64,000 nucleotides of DNA from an uncultured Acidobacteriota bacterium. GTDB taxonomy: Bacteria > Acidobacteriota > CAIWXX01. The stretch lies in NCBI GenBank assembly GCA_903916735.1, contig CAIWXX010000003.1:974-64973 (forward strand). Reading direction: 5' to 3'. Both the position numbers and the translations under genes were made by a program. Positions 1 through 9,311 of this stretch are shown here, in pieces; the stretch's first letter is position 1; each line of letters opens with the position of its first letter. Under the pieces are notes generated by a model. That model had not been told where the DNA came from and made no database searches. It saw only the letters and a list, made by a program, of their open reading frames with translations.

Positions 1-2
1 AC

Positions 3-566
3 TCCGGCCATTTTGATGACTTGCGGTATGACACCCAAGGAGTAAGCCTTGAAGACGACGGAACATTATCAGGTCTCGCTTCGAACAGCACTCCTGCTTC
101 CCACAATGGCAATGGCGGAATTTATTTTGATGCGAGCCGGATGATTTGGCGAAAGCGGGCGGACGCGGACGAAGGGCTTGGGGTTTATTGCCGGATTGCG
201 CCGTGGCTGCCCCGCGACCGTAACCCGCTGAACTTCTGCGCGGCATGCGGCCTGAACTACAAAGGCCTCCTTCGGGGCCGCGGTGAGGATATATTTGGCG
301 TGGGCATCGGTTATGCGCGGGTCAGCGAAGGCCGGCGCAGCGCACAGCGCGACGCGAACCAAATCGCCGCCGCCGGCGGCACCCCCAACAATCTTCAACC
401 GGGTCCAGTGCCGGATTACGAAATGGACCTGGAGGCGACGTATCAAATCAACCTGGCGCCGTGGTGGTCGGTGCAACCGGATTTCCAATATATTTCCCAC
501 CCCGGCGATTCGAGCGCCATCAAAGACGCCATTGTCGTCGGCGTGCGGACCCAAATCAGCTTCTGA
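3..566 (+). CDS. OprB-family (carbohydrate) porin, 3' part; frame open to the window edge
   Basis: C-terminus ELEATYQINLAPWWSVQPDFQYISHPG...IVVGVRTQISF (EMDLEATY in this copy) is typical of OprB porins, ending in a terminal Phe. Confidence 0.8.
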   Translation, partial: SGHFDDLRYDTQGVSLEDDGTLSGLASNSTPASHNGNGGIYFDASRMIWRKRADADEGLGVYCRIAPWLPRDRNPLNFCAACGLNYKGLLRGRGEDIFGVGIGYARVSEGRRSAQRDANQIAAAGGTPNNLQPGPVPDYEMDLEATYQINLAPWWSVQPDFQYISHPGDSSAIKDAIVVGVRTQISF

Positions 567-609
567 TTGCTTTTGCGTTGCGCCGAACCAACGCGCCGCC
601 ATTGCCTCT

Positions 610-637
610 TTGACAACCCGCGGCATTTGCTTACGAT
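610..637 (+). promoter_or_regulatory. sigma70-like promoter upstream of nikR
   Basis: TTGACA-16 nt-TACGAT, 14 nt before the ATG at 652. Confidence 0.5.
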
Positions 638-651
638 CCGGTGGTCAGGCC

Positions 652-1081
652 ATGAAAAAAGAAACCGTCAGCCGTTTTAGCGTGTCCCTGCCGCCATCGC
701 TCCTGCGGCAACTGGATGAAATGTCGAGTGAGAAGGGCTACGACAACCGGCCGCTGGCCATCGCCGACATGATCCGCAACACCACCTTGTCGAACACCGG
801 CAGAAATTCAGCGACGAAGACATCGCGGCACCATCACGCTGGTCTATGACTATCACAAACAACACGTGCAGGAAACACTGACTGACATCCAGCACGACCA
901 TCACGACGTGATTCTTTCGAAGGTGCATGTGCATCTGGACCACAACAATTGCCTGGAAGTATTGCTGATACGCGGCAAGGCGGGTGTGATCCGCAAAATC
1001 GCCGATGACCTCATCACTGCCAAGGGAGTAAAACACGGCAAGCTCACCGTGACCACGACCGGCAAGGATTTACCATCGTAA
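652..1081 (+). pseudogene. nikR: Nickel-responsive regulator NikR with two frameshifts (+2 nt at ~781, -1 nt at ~828)
   Basis: RHH N-terminus SRFSVSLPPSLLRQLD..GYDNR; the middle [15 protein letters not shown] is in a second frame; [26 protein letters not shown] is in a third frame. Confidence 0.85.
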
Positions 1082-1123
1082 TCCTATGCTGTGGGCGCAC
1101 TTTCAACACCAATCCGACTTGAT

Positions 1124-1153
1124 AAAATTTTGCCCCACATGGGACAAAATTTT
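1124..1153. repeat. 14-bp inverted repeat (1 mismatch); possible terminator or operator
   Basis: AAAATTTTGCCCCA-ca-TGGGACAAAATTTT between convergent sequences. Confidence 0.6.
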
Positions 1154-1303
1154 GTAAGTGGATCACGTGAGCAAAATTAACGATGATGAGTGGTTAAATC
1201 CGCGTCAATTCGCACAATTCGCGCCCCTGCTGCTCAATTCGGGTAGCCGTTCAGAATGATGTGCGTCTCGATGCGATGATGCTCGCCGAATTGTTCGCTC
1301 GCC

Positions 1304-1501
1304 CCCGGGCACATCAATATTCACCTCGACATTAGTGGAGAAAAAACCGTCCGGATTTCGTGCGGCAGCAAGGCGCATCAGGTCACTTTGGTTGGACGAA
1401 AATGAAGCGGTGCGGGCCAGTTCCGTGAGGCGTTGGCGGATGACTCTTTCCGGGCTGGGAAACAAAACGAACCATAGCCAGACACTCAGCGCCACCAGCG
1501 C
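1304..1501 (-). pseudogene. Internal fragment of a membrane-anchored hypothetical protein
   Basis: Protein-like stretch ALVALSVWLWFVLFPSPERVIRQRLTELARTASFS...FFSTNVEVNIDVPG inside ORF 1205..1564, whose flanks read as non-protein-like; no credible start or C-terminus. Confidence 0.5.
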
Positions 1502-1622
1502 GTCCCCCTGAGCCGGACGGGGACGACGGTTCCCGCTCCGACGCCTCCTGCTTCTGATCAGCACTACACCGGCCCACGTTGTTCAACTTTTGCATGGCCG
1601 GCCACCTCGCCAACCGCGCTTA

Positions 1623-1651
1623 TTGACTCAACCCACAAATAGCACTACTCT
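1623..1651 (+). promoter_or_regulatory. sigma70-like promoter for the C1 peptidase
   Basis: TTGACT-17 nt-TACTCT; leader hairpin TCCTTTTC/GAAAAGGA and RBS AGGAGG downstream. Confidence 0.5.
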
Positions 1652-1763
1652 CAATTCGTATTTCAGATGACTTCGCCGAAGATGTCCTTTTCTGGTCGGA
1701 AAAGGAAACTCATATAGTCAGGCTCGCCGGAGTTCACTTTTGTCTGTTTGGTAGGAGGAGATC

Positions 1764-3683
1764 ATGAGGCATTGGTATCGGCTCGCCGTTGTACTTATCA
1801 TTTTGGGCGTTCAAGGGATGCTTTGTGCGGGCGCCATCGCGTCTGGTGGCGAAGGCACGGCGCAACCGTACTCGGACCCCAACACCGTCATGAGCATCAG
1901 CTCGGCGAAGTTCCTATCGTGGGCGCGAGATCTTCAAGCGGCGCCAGAAGCATACATCGACCCGGAGTTGGCATTGCGCATCCCACAAAGCGATTCCTAC
2001 AGCCTGCTCCCCTTCCTGCGCTATGTGCCTGCAGAAAGGAGTCAAGGCGGCTGCGGCAATTGTTGGCTGTGGGCTGGAACAGGAATGATGGAGATTGCAT
2101 TGGCACAGTACGGCAGTGGTGCGCGCGACCGCCTGTCCGTCCAGTATCCGACATCATGTGGTTTGACCGGAGATGATTTCGCCTGCTGTGGCGGCACTCT
2201 CGATACATTGCGTAATTTCTACATAGGGCATGGCCTCATGGCGGTTCCGTGGTCGAACGTGAATGCGGAATGGGAAGACACTCGTACTAACTGCGACGAC
2301 GGTATGTCCGGGTGGCATTGCCCGAGGGTCTTCACGTGTCCCCACTACCCCATTGAGTCCATCTCTAATCCAGCATTGATCTCCACTACAGACGTTCCGA
2401 AAGAGACCGCTATCGCCAACATCAAGAATGTGCTTCTTCAACGCAAGGCGGTCTACTACGGCTTCTGGATGCCGACAAACGCTGACAACGTGGCTTTTCA
2501 CACCTTCTGGCACGAACAGAATGAATCAGCGCTCTGGAACCCAAATTCGTTTTGCGGCCACGTTGCAGGCGATCCGCTCGAGGGGCATGCGGTGGTGCTG
2601 GTCGGGTATGTGGACGTAGGGAAGTTCAACCGCTACTGGATCTGCGTCAATAGTTGGGGCGCACCGGCTGGTCGTCCTAACGGGCTTTTCCGGCTCAGCA
2701 TGAACATGGACTACCGCGGCACATTCAGGCAGGGAGATAGAGACTTCGCTGTCAGCTATTTCGAGACGATGGACGTGACGTATGATGACTGCTTCGTCGT
2801 CAAGGCCCCGACTCAAGAGGATTTCTGGACGAAGGGCACTGGACATCAGATTTCGTGGAAAACCACCGAGCTCGGTGGTCACGTATCGATCGGCCTCTTG
2901 AAGGGCGGGCGTTCCGTCTATGTGATCTCTCCCAGTGCAAACAACCTCACGTGCAGATACTACTGGACGATTCCAGCGTCCATCGAGCAGGGATTTGACT
3001 ACGAGGTCAGGGTGGCCAAGCACCTCTCCACAGGGGATGTCGCTGGGCGGAGCTGTCAATTCAGTATTGTCGAGCCCGACGCGATCCAGATCGTGGACCC
3101 GACGGCTGAGTCGAACTGGATCAAGCTGACGCGACACACCATACGCTGGAGGACCCACGGTCCGCAGGACTCACATGTATCGATACAACTGCTCAAGGAT
3201 GGCCGGCCGGAAATGGAGATCACCCCACGGACTTCGAATGACGGGAGCTTCGATTGGGAAGTTCCCAAAACACTTCGAGCTTCGTCTGACTATCAGATCG
3301 GAGTATATACCGCAGACGCACGTCTCCATGCCACAAGCCCTGAGTTCGCAATTAGCGAACTGCCGTCGATCGAAGTGACGTCCCCGACCAGCGGGGACTA
3401 TTGGTGGATCGGACCCGAATACACCATTCGCTGGACCGCCACTGGGACGATGAGCCGAATGGTCGCCATCAGACTTCTGCACGAGGGCGTCGCCATCATC
3501 AACATCGCCAGTCGGACGGTAAACGACGGGAGCTGCACATGGGTCGTACCCAAAGGCACTCCGTTTGCCTCAAACTATGTGATTCAAGTGGAGACAGTGG
3601 ATGGGCGGGTCTCGGGCTATAGCTCGGCGTTCGAAATCGGCGCCTCGCAAGCCGCGCCAACGATGACGCCGTCGCTTCAATAG
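1764..3683 (+). CDS. Secreted papain-like (C1A) cysteine peptidase with three C-terminal Ig-like (Kre9/GPI-anchored-type) repeats
   Basis: Signal peptide; QGGCGNCW (Gln, Cys), GHAVVLVGY (His), WICVNSWG (Asn); three ~95-aa repeats of the form P..W....I.W...V.I.LL..G...NDG...W.VP.....Y.I.V...S..F.I. Confidence 0.9.
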   Translation: MRHWYRLAVVLIILGVQGMLCAGAIASGGEGTAQPYSDPNTVMSISSAKFLSWARDLQAAPEAYIDPELALRIPQSDSYSLLPFLRYVPAERSQGGCGNCWLWAGTGMMEIALAQYGSGARDRLSVQYPTSCGLTGDDFACCGGTLDTLRNFYIGHGLMAVPWSNVNAEWEDTRTNCDDGMSGWHCPRVFTCPHYPIESISNPALISTTDVPKETAIANIKNVLLQRKAVYYGFWMPTNADNVAFHTFWHEQNESALWNPNSFCGHVAGDPLEGHAVVLVGYVDVGKFNRYWICVNSWGAPAGRPNGLFRLSMNMDYRGTFRQGDRDFAVSYFETMDVTYDDCFVVKAPTQEDFWTKGTGHQISWKTTELGGHVSIGLLKGGRSVYVISPSANNLTCRYYWTIPASIEQGFDYEVRVAKHLSTGDVAGRSCQFSIVEPDAIQIVDPTAESNWIKLTRHTIRWRTHGPQDSHVSIQLLKDGRPEMEITPRTSNDGSFDWEVPKTLRASSDYQIGVYTADARLHATSPEFAISELPSIEVTSPTSGDYWWIGPEYTIRWTATGTMSRMVAIRLLHEGVAIINIASRTVNDGSCTWVVPKGTPFASNYVIQVETVDGRVSGYSSAFEIGASQAAPTMTPSLQ

Positions 3684-3864
3684 ATCCAACATACAGGAGG
3701 TGCGATTCCGCCGGACTGAGAGAGCCAAGTCGACCGAGGCCGTCTGAGCACGAGACCGAACGTGGCTCCCTGTGCCCGCGCAGGGGGATGGCCTTTGTCG
3801 TCTCGCGCCGGTGACATCGAGACGGGCGCGTTCTTACTACGCTTGTAGTATGTGATGCCTGTCG

Positions 3865-4293
3865 TGCGGCGTTGCCGATCCTGACAGGCTTCTCGCCTTC
3901 GAATCCGGCCCATTCTTCGAGCACCTTCTCGTCGAGGTTGGAGGTTCCATCGATCCGGTAGAGCGGGGCGAGGTCCAGGGCGGGAGTTGCAGCTACGATA
4001 TTGAAAAGGTACTGAATGAACTGCTCGCGCTCCTCAAACTGCCCCAGGATTCGGAACGCGCCGAGCACGTGGTAGGCATCTCTGAGCCGGCAATAGCGGT
4101 AGTCCGACGTGCGACCGCTACCGGCTGACTCTGGTATAGACGTCGTTGTCGACGCAACGATCGCTTCAGTGTCTTCGAAACAGTGCGGCTTGAGCACCAG
4201 GGCCGATCCGATGACCTCTTTCTGGAAGAGAGGTGGGGCATTGCATTGCTTGACCCACCTCTCCCAGTAACGGGCAGTTTGACTGAGAAACCT
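3865..4293 (-). pseudogene. Internal fragment of a glycoside hydrolase family 15 (glucoamylase/trehalase-like) gene
   Basis: RFLSQTARYWERWVKQCNAPPLFQKEVIGSALVLK..EDT.AIVASTTTSIPE..GSGRTSDYRYCRLRDA..PVRIGNAA; conserved WDYRYCW degenerated to SDYRYCR; both ends missing; in-frame TGA at 4294-4296. Confidence 0.8.
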
Positions 4294-4406
4294 TCAGCCG
4301 TAACCCCACACATAGCGAGCGAAACGTCGGGTAGTGTCACACAGGCATCCAGCGACTTGCCTCCAGCCGGCCTGCAGTGGAGAATCACTTGGAGAGGGGG
4401 GGAATC

Positions 4407-4994
4407 ATGACCGATCTGGTCATTGCACTTCGGCATCGGCTTGCTGCTCGTTCGGCAGGAACCACCGCCGAGTGGGACGCCCGACCGGCTGCCGTCCTGA
4501 TTCCACTCTACTTGGATCACGGTGAATGGTATGTACTTTTCACAGAGCGCACACATACAGTGGAAGACCATAAAGGACAAGTTGCCTTTCCCGGCGGGCG
4601 GGTTGATGACGGCGATGCCGACCGCATCGAAACAGCGCTCCGTGAAGCCGAAGAAGAGATTGGGCTCAAACATGACGATGTCACTGTTCTCGGTCAGCTT
4701 GATGAGCTCCTCACCATCACACAATATCGCGTGACGCCGGTGGTGGGTGTCTTTCCTTGGCCCTATGATTTTATGTTATCGACGGAAGAGCTTTCGGAAG
4801 TATTTGGAGTTCCATTGAGATGGCTCGCAGACCCTGCCAATGTCGATGTTCAGTACTACGGTTTTCCCCTGCTTGGTCCGCCTGTGCCCGTCTACTACTT
4901 TCGGTACAACAATCATACGATCTGGGGTGTCACCGGGCGCATAGTTGTCAATTTTCTCGATGTTCTTCGCCCGCTGCTCGGCGCTGATTTTTAG
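4407..4994 (+). CDS. Nudix hydrolase, CoA pyrophosphatase (NudL/PCD1) type
   Basis: AAVLIPL..LFTER...HKGQVAFPGG, Nudix box ALREAEEEIG, IWGVTG. Confidence 0.9.
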   Translation: MTDLVIALRHRLAARSAGTTAEWDARPAAVLIPLYLDHGEWYVLFTERTHTVEDHKGQVAFPGGRVDDGDADRIETALREAEEEIGLKHDDVTVLGQLDELLTITQYRVTPVVGVFPWPYDFMLSTEELSEVFGVPLRWLADPANVDVQYYGFPLLGPPVPVYYFRYNNHTIWGVTGRIVVNFLDVLRPLLGADF

Positions 4995-5035
4995 CAGACC
5001 GTTGTGGGCGCTCGTTTCTCTTTGCGCAGGCGAGT

Positions 5036-5050
5036 CACACACACACACAC
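5036..5050. repeat. (CA)7C dinucleotide microsatellite
   Basis: cacacacacacacac in the intergenic region. Confidence 0.9.
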
Positions 5051-5098
5051 GCATCATCGAGCCCTTGGAGATGAAACATCTCAGATTTGGAAATGCTC

Positions 5099-5137
5099 TT
5101 GACAAATATTAATATTTGTTTTATCTTTATTAAAGAT
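5099..5137 (+). promoter_or_regulatory. sigma70 promoter overlapped by two palindromes (candidate operator)
   Basis: TTGACA-17-TATCTT; perfect 18-bp palindrome ACAAATATTAATATTTGT (5102-5119) and ATCTTTA-T-TAAAGAT (5123-5137). Confidence 0.75.
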
Positions 5138-5175
5138 GAAATTGATATTGATTTTAACAAAATTGTGAGGGGGTT

Positions 5176-5508
5176 GTGGCAGAAGAACCAAAAGGCAGAA
5201 AGACCTGGGTCGAGCTCATGGAGGAAGACGACCTGTCGTTTGTGAAGAGATTTATGCTGGCTTCCGGTTCATTGAAGGAACTGGCCGAAGCCTATGGAAT
5301 CACATATCCGACAATTCGGCTCCGGCTCAACCGACTGATCGATAAAATCAAAATATTAGATCGCCACGAAATCATGAGCGACTTTGAACGAATACTCCGC
5401 GCGCACTACGTGGATGGGAAGATTGACATCAGCACACTGAAGACGCTTCTCGCTGCTCACCGGCGCGAGTTGGCAGGGTGTATGAAGGATCGTGAGTCAA
5501 AGACATGA
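5176..5508 (+). CDS. DUF2089-family HTH protein
   Basis: EEDDLSFVKRFMLASGSLKELAEAYGITYPTIRLRLNRLI is the DUF2089 signature; GTG start with GAGG RBS. Confidence 0.85.
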   Translation: MAEEPKGRKTWVELMEEDDLSFVKRFMLASGSLKELAEAYGITYPTIRLRLNRLIDKIKILDRHEIMSDFERILRAHYVDGKIDISTLKTLLAAHRRELAGCMKDRESKT

Positions 5509-5524
5509 CGATAGGAGGCACAAC

Positions 5525-6406
5525 ATGAAGGTCAGAGTCTTTTGTTTGGGATTGTTTCTATCCATTGCGATGCTCGCGGTAGGGGATGAGAACCTAGGGG
5601 ATATTTCTTGGGGAAAGATGCATTTAGAGGGCCGGCTGGCAGCAGGCGATGTGATACCACCGGGAGGGGCGGTTCCATCGGAAAGCCTGCTCTTATCGAA
5701 CCCTACTGGGCAGCCGATGACTATCAATGTTTTCACGCTTGATAAGCCTCCGATCACTAAGGCGTGTTATGCAATTTGCGGCAAGATTCGATATGAAAAT
5801 GTTGATGGAACCGCTTATCTTGAGATGTGGAGTATCTTCCCTTCCGGCGGGAGATTCTTCTCACGAACACTCGGCGAACAGGGCCTCATGCAAAGCCTTA
5901 GGGGTACTTCTGAGTGGCGCGAATTCTCGGTGCCTTTCTACAATCAGGAAGGTGCGCCCCCGCCCTCTCAACTGATTTTTAATATTGCATTTGCCGGCCG
6001 TGGCACCGTGGTTCTTGGACAGATCCATCTGTCTCAATTTGGGCAGGGCGACAATCCACGTGAAAGCAAGGTTGGATGGTGGAGTGCAAGGGCCGGCGGG
6101 ATGTTTGGCGTGCTTTTCGGGACGATTGTCGGATGCCTGGGAGGATTGATCGGGGTTCTTACGGCACGTGGTAAGAGCCGCCGCTTTGTCTTTGCCTCGT
6201 TGATCGTGCTGCCCGTCATGGGAGTCGTCGTACTTGTCTCTGGAATAGTCTCACTGAGTCTCTCGCAGCCGTACCATGTGTGGTATCCGTTGATCCTGGG
6301 TGGTGCGCTGACGGCTATCATCTTCTGGGCGCTGAACCCAAAGGTTCGGAAACGATACGCCGACTTGGAACTAAGGAAGATCAGAGCCATGGATGATGTG
6401 TCATAA
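5525..6406 (+). CDS. Hypothetical membrane protein: signal peptide, extracytoplasmic beta-rich domain, 3 C-terminal TM helices
   Basis: AGGAGG RBS; hydrophobic N-terminus; YLEMW..F..G.FFSRTL motif; three hydrophobic segments at the C-terminus. Confidence 0.8.
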   Translation: MKVRVFCLGLFLSIAMLAVGDENLGDISWGKMHLEGRLAAGDVIPPGGAVPSESLLLSNPTGQPMTINVFTLDKPPITKACYAICGKIRYENVDGTAYLEMWSIFPSGGRFFSRTLGEQGLMQSLRGTSEWREFSVPFYNQEGAPPPSQLIFNIAFAGRGTVVLGQIHLSQFGQGDNPRESKVGWWSARAGGMFGVLFGTIVGCLGGLIGVLTARGKSRRFVFASLIVLPVMGVVVLVSGIVSLSLSQPYHVWYPLILGGALTAIIFWALNPKVRKRYADLELRKIRAMDDVS

Positions 6407-6575
6407 ATTTCAATGCCCGGCTATGAAGAAAGGTGAAGTGAAAATCTGAATCAATGCCGGGAGTGTTTAATCTACTCTGTTCGACAGCGATTGTCTTTGA
6501 TAAGGCACCTGATGAAATCCATTGCCGTTAGATTTGCTTTTGGTTCGTTTTCATTCCGTATTACAATCAGGGGTG

Positions 6576-8075
6576 ATGGAACTTCAACCCAGCCTGCCAC
6601 TTGAAGATGAGCGGATCTTCTCGGTCACCGAAATCAATGAGGCGGCCAGGGATGCCATTGAAGGTGCCTTTCCAAGTGTGCGCGTGGAAGGTGAAATCAG
6701 CGGGTATCGCCTCTATCCTTCCGGACATCATTACTTCGATCTGAAGGACGACAGCTCCCGGATTTCGTGCGCCTTCTTCGCCGGTCGTGCGCGTGGATTG
6801 CGATTCGAGCTGGAAAACGGCATTCAGGTTGTCTGTACAGGGAAGCTATCGATTTATGGACGTGAGGGCCGTTTCCAGATGATCATTGAGCGCGTTGAGA
6901 TGGGCGGCCTGGGACCGCTCTGGCAAAAGCTGGAAGCGCTGAAGAAAAAGCTGCAGGATGAAGGGCTGCTTGATGAGAAGCGAAAGAAGCCGCTCCCGCC
7001 CTTCCCGCGGAAGGTTGGTATCGTCACGAGCCCCGAGGGGCAGGCGATTCATGATATCCTGAAAATTCTGCTTAAGCGTGCGCCGCAAATAGCAGTGTTG
7101 ATCTATCCGGTGCATGTGCAAGGGGAGGGAGCTGCAGCCGAAATCGCAGAAGGGGTCCGATGGATGGATGCCGATGGCAGGTGCGATGTGCTCATCACGG
7201 GGCGAGGAGGGGGCTCGATCGAAGACCTCTGGGCCTTCAATGAAGAGATCGTTGCTCGGGCTATTGCCGGGTGCCGTCTTCCCATTATTTCTGCGGTGGG
7301 TCATGAGAAGGATGTGCTCCTTTCTGATCTCGTCGCGGACGCTCGTGCCCCGACTCCATCCGGTGCCGCGGAGATGCTGGCGAAATCACGAGAGGAGATC
7401 CAGGAGCGGCTGGCGAAAATACGGCTGGACATGAGAGGGAAGATTGCTGAAAAAATTTCGACAGCGCGCGAGCGCCTGGCGATCCTCAATGCACAGCCGG
7501 GATTCCGGCGAATTGAAGGCAATCTTTATCAGATGATGCAGCGCGTCGATTCTCTGCGTGGAATGGTGATCGAGTCGATCCGAAAAAGTATCGAACAGAA
7601 GAGGAGCCGCATTGCCGATGCCCGCCTGGGGATCGAACACTGCAGCCCCGTGGCGATTCTGCAGAAACGACAAGAGATGGTTCGGTCGCTCCGCACGCAG
7701 TTGCCTCTTCTCGTGGGTAAATACATCGAAGCGAAACTGTTGCATCTCCGCAATCTACATGGATTGCTGCTGGCGCGCCTCCCACTGCCGGCCATCGCGG
7801 ATCGACGGCAGCGTATCGCACGCGCTCGGGAGATCCTGCAGGCGCTCGTGGCGGCTCTGGTGGAGGGGCGCCGCGATCGAATCTCAAAAAATGCATCGGT
7901 GCTGAATGCGTTGGGCCCCTTCCAGGTGCTCGATCGTGGCTATAGTATCTGCTTCAAAGAAGGCACTACGATCGTCGTTTCCGACGCCGCCGCTATTCAA
8001 GAATCCGAACGGCTATCAATCCGCTTGCGACGGGGACGAATCGGGGCCGATGTGACATCACGCCAATTGGAATAA
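6576..8075 (+). CDS. xseA: Exodeoxyribonuclease VII large subunit
   Basis: VEGEIS..SGHHYFDLKD, VGIVTSP, RGGGSIEDLWAFN, SAVGHE.D, APTPS, LDRGYS. Confidence 0.97.
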   Translation: MELQPSLPLEDERIFSVTEINEAARDAIEGAFPSVRVEGEISGYRLYPSGHHYFDLKDDSSRISCAFFAGRARGLRFELENGIQVVCTGKLSIYGREGRFQMIIERVEMGGLGPLWQKLEALKKKLQDEGLLDEKRKKPLPPFPRKVGIVTSPEGQAIHDILKILLKRAPQIAVLIYPVHVQGEGAAAEIAEGVRWMDADGRCDVLITGRGGGSIEDLWAFNEEIVARAIAGCRLPIISAVGHEKDVLLSDLVADARAPTPSGAAEMLAKSREEIQERLAKIRLDMRGKIAEKISTARERLAILNAQPGFRRIEGNLYQMMQRVDSLRGMVIESIRKSIEQKRSRIADARLGIEHCSPVAILQKRQEMVRSLRTQLPLLVGKYIEAKLLHLRNLHGLLLARLPLPAIADRRQRIARAREILQALVAALVEGRRDRISKNASVLNALGPFQVLDRGYSICFKEGTTIVVSDAAAIQESERLSIRLRRGRIGADVTSRQLE

Positions 8076-8088
8076 GGAGTGAGGAAAA

Positions 8089-8382
8089 ATGGAGAAAAAG
8101 GAAAAATCATTCGAGGATGCTCTCAACCAGCTCGAGGGCATCGTCAAGAAGCTGGAAAAGCCGGATTTGCCGCTGGAAGAGAGCATCAAGCTTTTCGAAG
8201 ACGGAATGTCCCTCAGCAAAATCTGCAGTGAAAAACTCGACCAGGCGCAGCAACGCGTGGAGATTCTCCAGAAGGATGCGTCGGGTGGCATGAAGGCCGT
8301 TTCGTTCGAAGAGAAGAAGGGAAAGAAGAAGGACGAGGGAACGCCACCGACCGCACCATCAGAAGAGGAGCTGCCGTTTTGA
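8089..8382 (+). CDS. xseB: Exodeoxyribonuclease VII small subunit with C-terminal extension
   Basis: SFEDALNQLEGIVKKLE..DLPLEESIKLFEDG; directly follows xseA. Confidence 0.95.
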   Translation: MEKKEKSFEDALNQLEGIVKKLEKPDLPLEESIKLFEDGMSLSKICSEKLDQAQQRVEILQKDASGGMKAVSFEEKKGKKKDEGTPPTAPSEEELPF

Positions 8383-9242
8383 GAACGGCGAGTGAGATCC
8401 GGGTGGAGCGCCTGAGGGCTCAGGTGGAAGCATCCCTCCCACGCTTCATCAAACCCGCTCGCGATGACGATGGCCGGCTCGCCGAAGCGATGCGCTATTG
8501 TCTTCTCTTGGGTGGCAAGCGGCTGCGGCCGATCCTCTTTCTGGCGACCGCCGAAATGTTCGGCGCTCCGGCGACTGCCATCATGAAATTCGCCTGCGGC
8601 ATTGAGTGCATCCATACATACTCATTGATCCACGACGACCTGCCGGCCATGGATGATGACGATCTCAGGCGTGGCCGACCGACATCCCACAAGGTTTTTG
8701 GGGAAGCGCTCGCAATATTAGCCGGCGATGGCCTGCTGACGATCGCCTTCGAATTGATGTCCGCCACCGGAAATATCGACGCCATCACCGAGATGGCGCG
8801 AGCGGCCGGTTGGAAGGGAATGGTGAAGGGACAGGCGATGGATATTTACTACGAACGTAGAAAAATTAACCCCTCTGTCCTTCGGACTTTGCATCGTGCC
8901 AAAACAGCGGCCTTGATCGAATCCAGTTGTGTCTCTGGCGCGCTGGTCGCAGGGGCGGACGATCGCGAGCGGCGTGCCATACGGCACTATGGACGATCAC
9001 TCGGCCTCGCCTTCCAGATCATCGATGATCTTCTCGATGTCACAGGCGAGGAAAAACTCGCCGGGAAACGGCTTCGGAAGGATGCCGGAAAAGCCACGTA
9101 CCCTTCGCTTTTCGGAGTCGACGGCGCCCGTCGTCGCGCTCGAATCGAAACCGCCAAGGCTCGAACGGCCCTCCGAACCATCTCACAAGATGATTCTCTC
9201 TTAAACCACATTGCCGAACAATTGCTCAATCGTCAATATTGA
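8379..9242 (+). CDS. ispA: Polyprenyl (farnesyl/geranyl) diphosphate synthase
   Basis: GGKRLRP, SLIHDDLPAMDDDDLRRG, AFQIIDDLLD. Confidence 0.95.
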   Translation: MRTASEIRVERLRAQVEASLPRFIKPARDDDGRLAEAMRYCLLLGGKRLRPILFLATAEMFGAPATAIMKFACGIECIHTYSLIHDDLPAMDDDDLRRGRPTSHKVFGEALAILAGDGLLTIAFELMSATGNIDAITEMARAAGWKGMVKGQAMDIYYERRKINPSVLRTLHRAKTAALIESSCVSGALVAGADDRERRAIRHYGRSLGLAFQIIDDLLDVTGEEKLAGKRLRKDAGKATYPSLFGVDGARRRARIETAKARTALRTISQDDSLLNHIAEQLLNRQY

Positions 9243-9273
9243 TATCGAGTTCTCAGGTGGTGGTTGGATGAGT

Positions 9274-9311
9274 GGGATTCTTCAGGCGCCTCCGGTTCCC
9301 TCGGAATGACA
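9274..9311 (+). repeat. Degenerate REP-like half element ending CTCGGAATGACA
   Basis: GGGATTCTTC...CTCGGAATGACA; same terminal motif at 19779 and 44751. Confidence 0.45.

Noticed and set aside
4228..4263. 10-bp perfect hairpin GAGAGGTGGG/CCCACCTCTC
   Set aside because: It lies within the GH15 coding remnant (WERWVK...PPLF), so it is probably coincidental.
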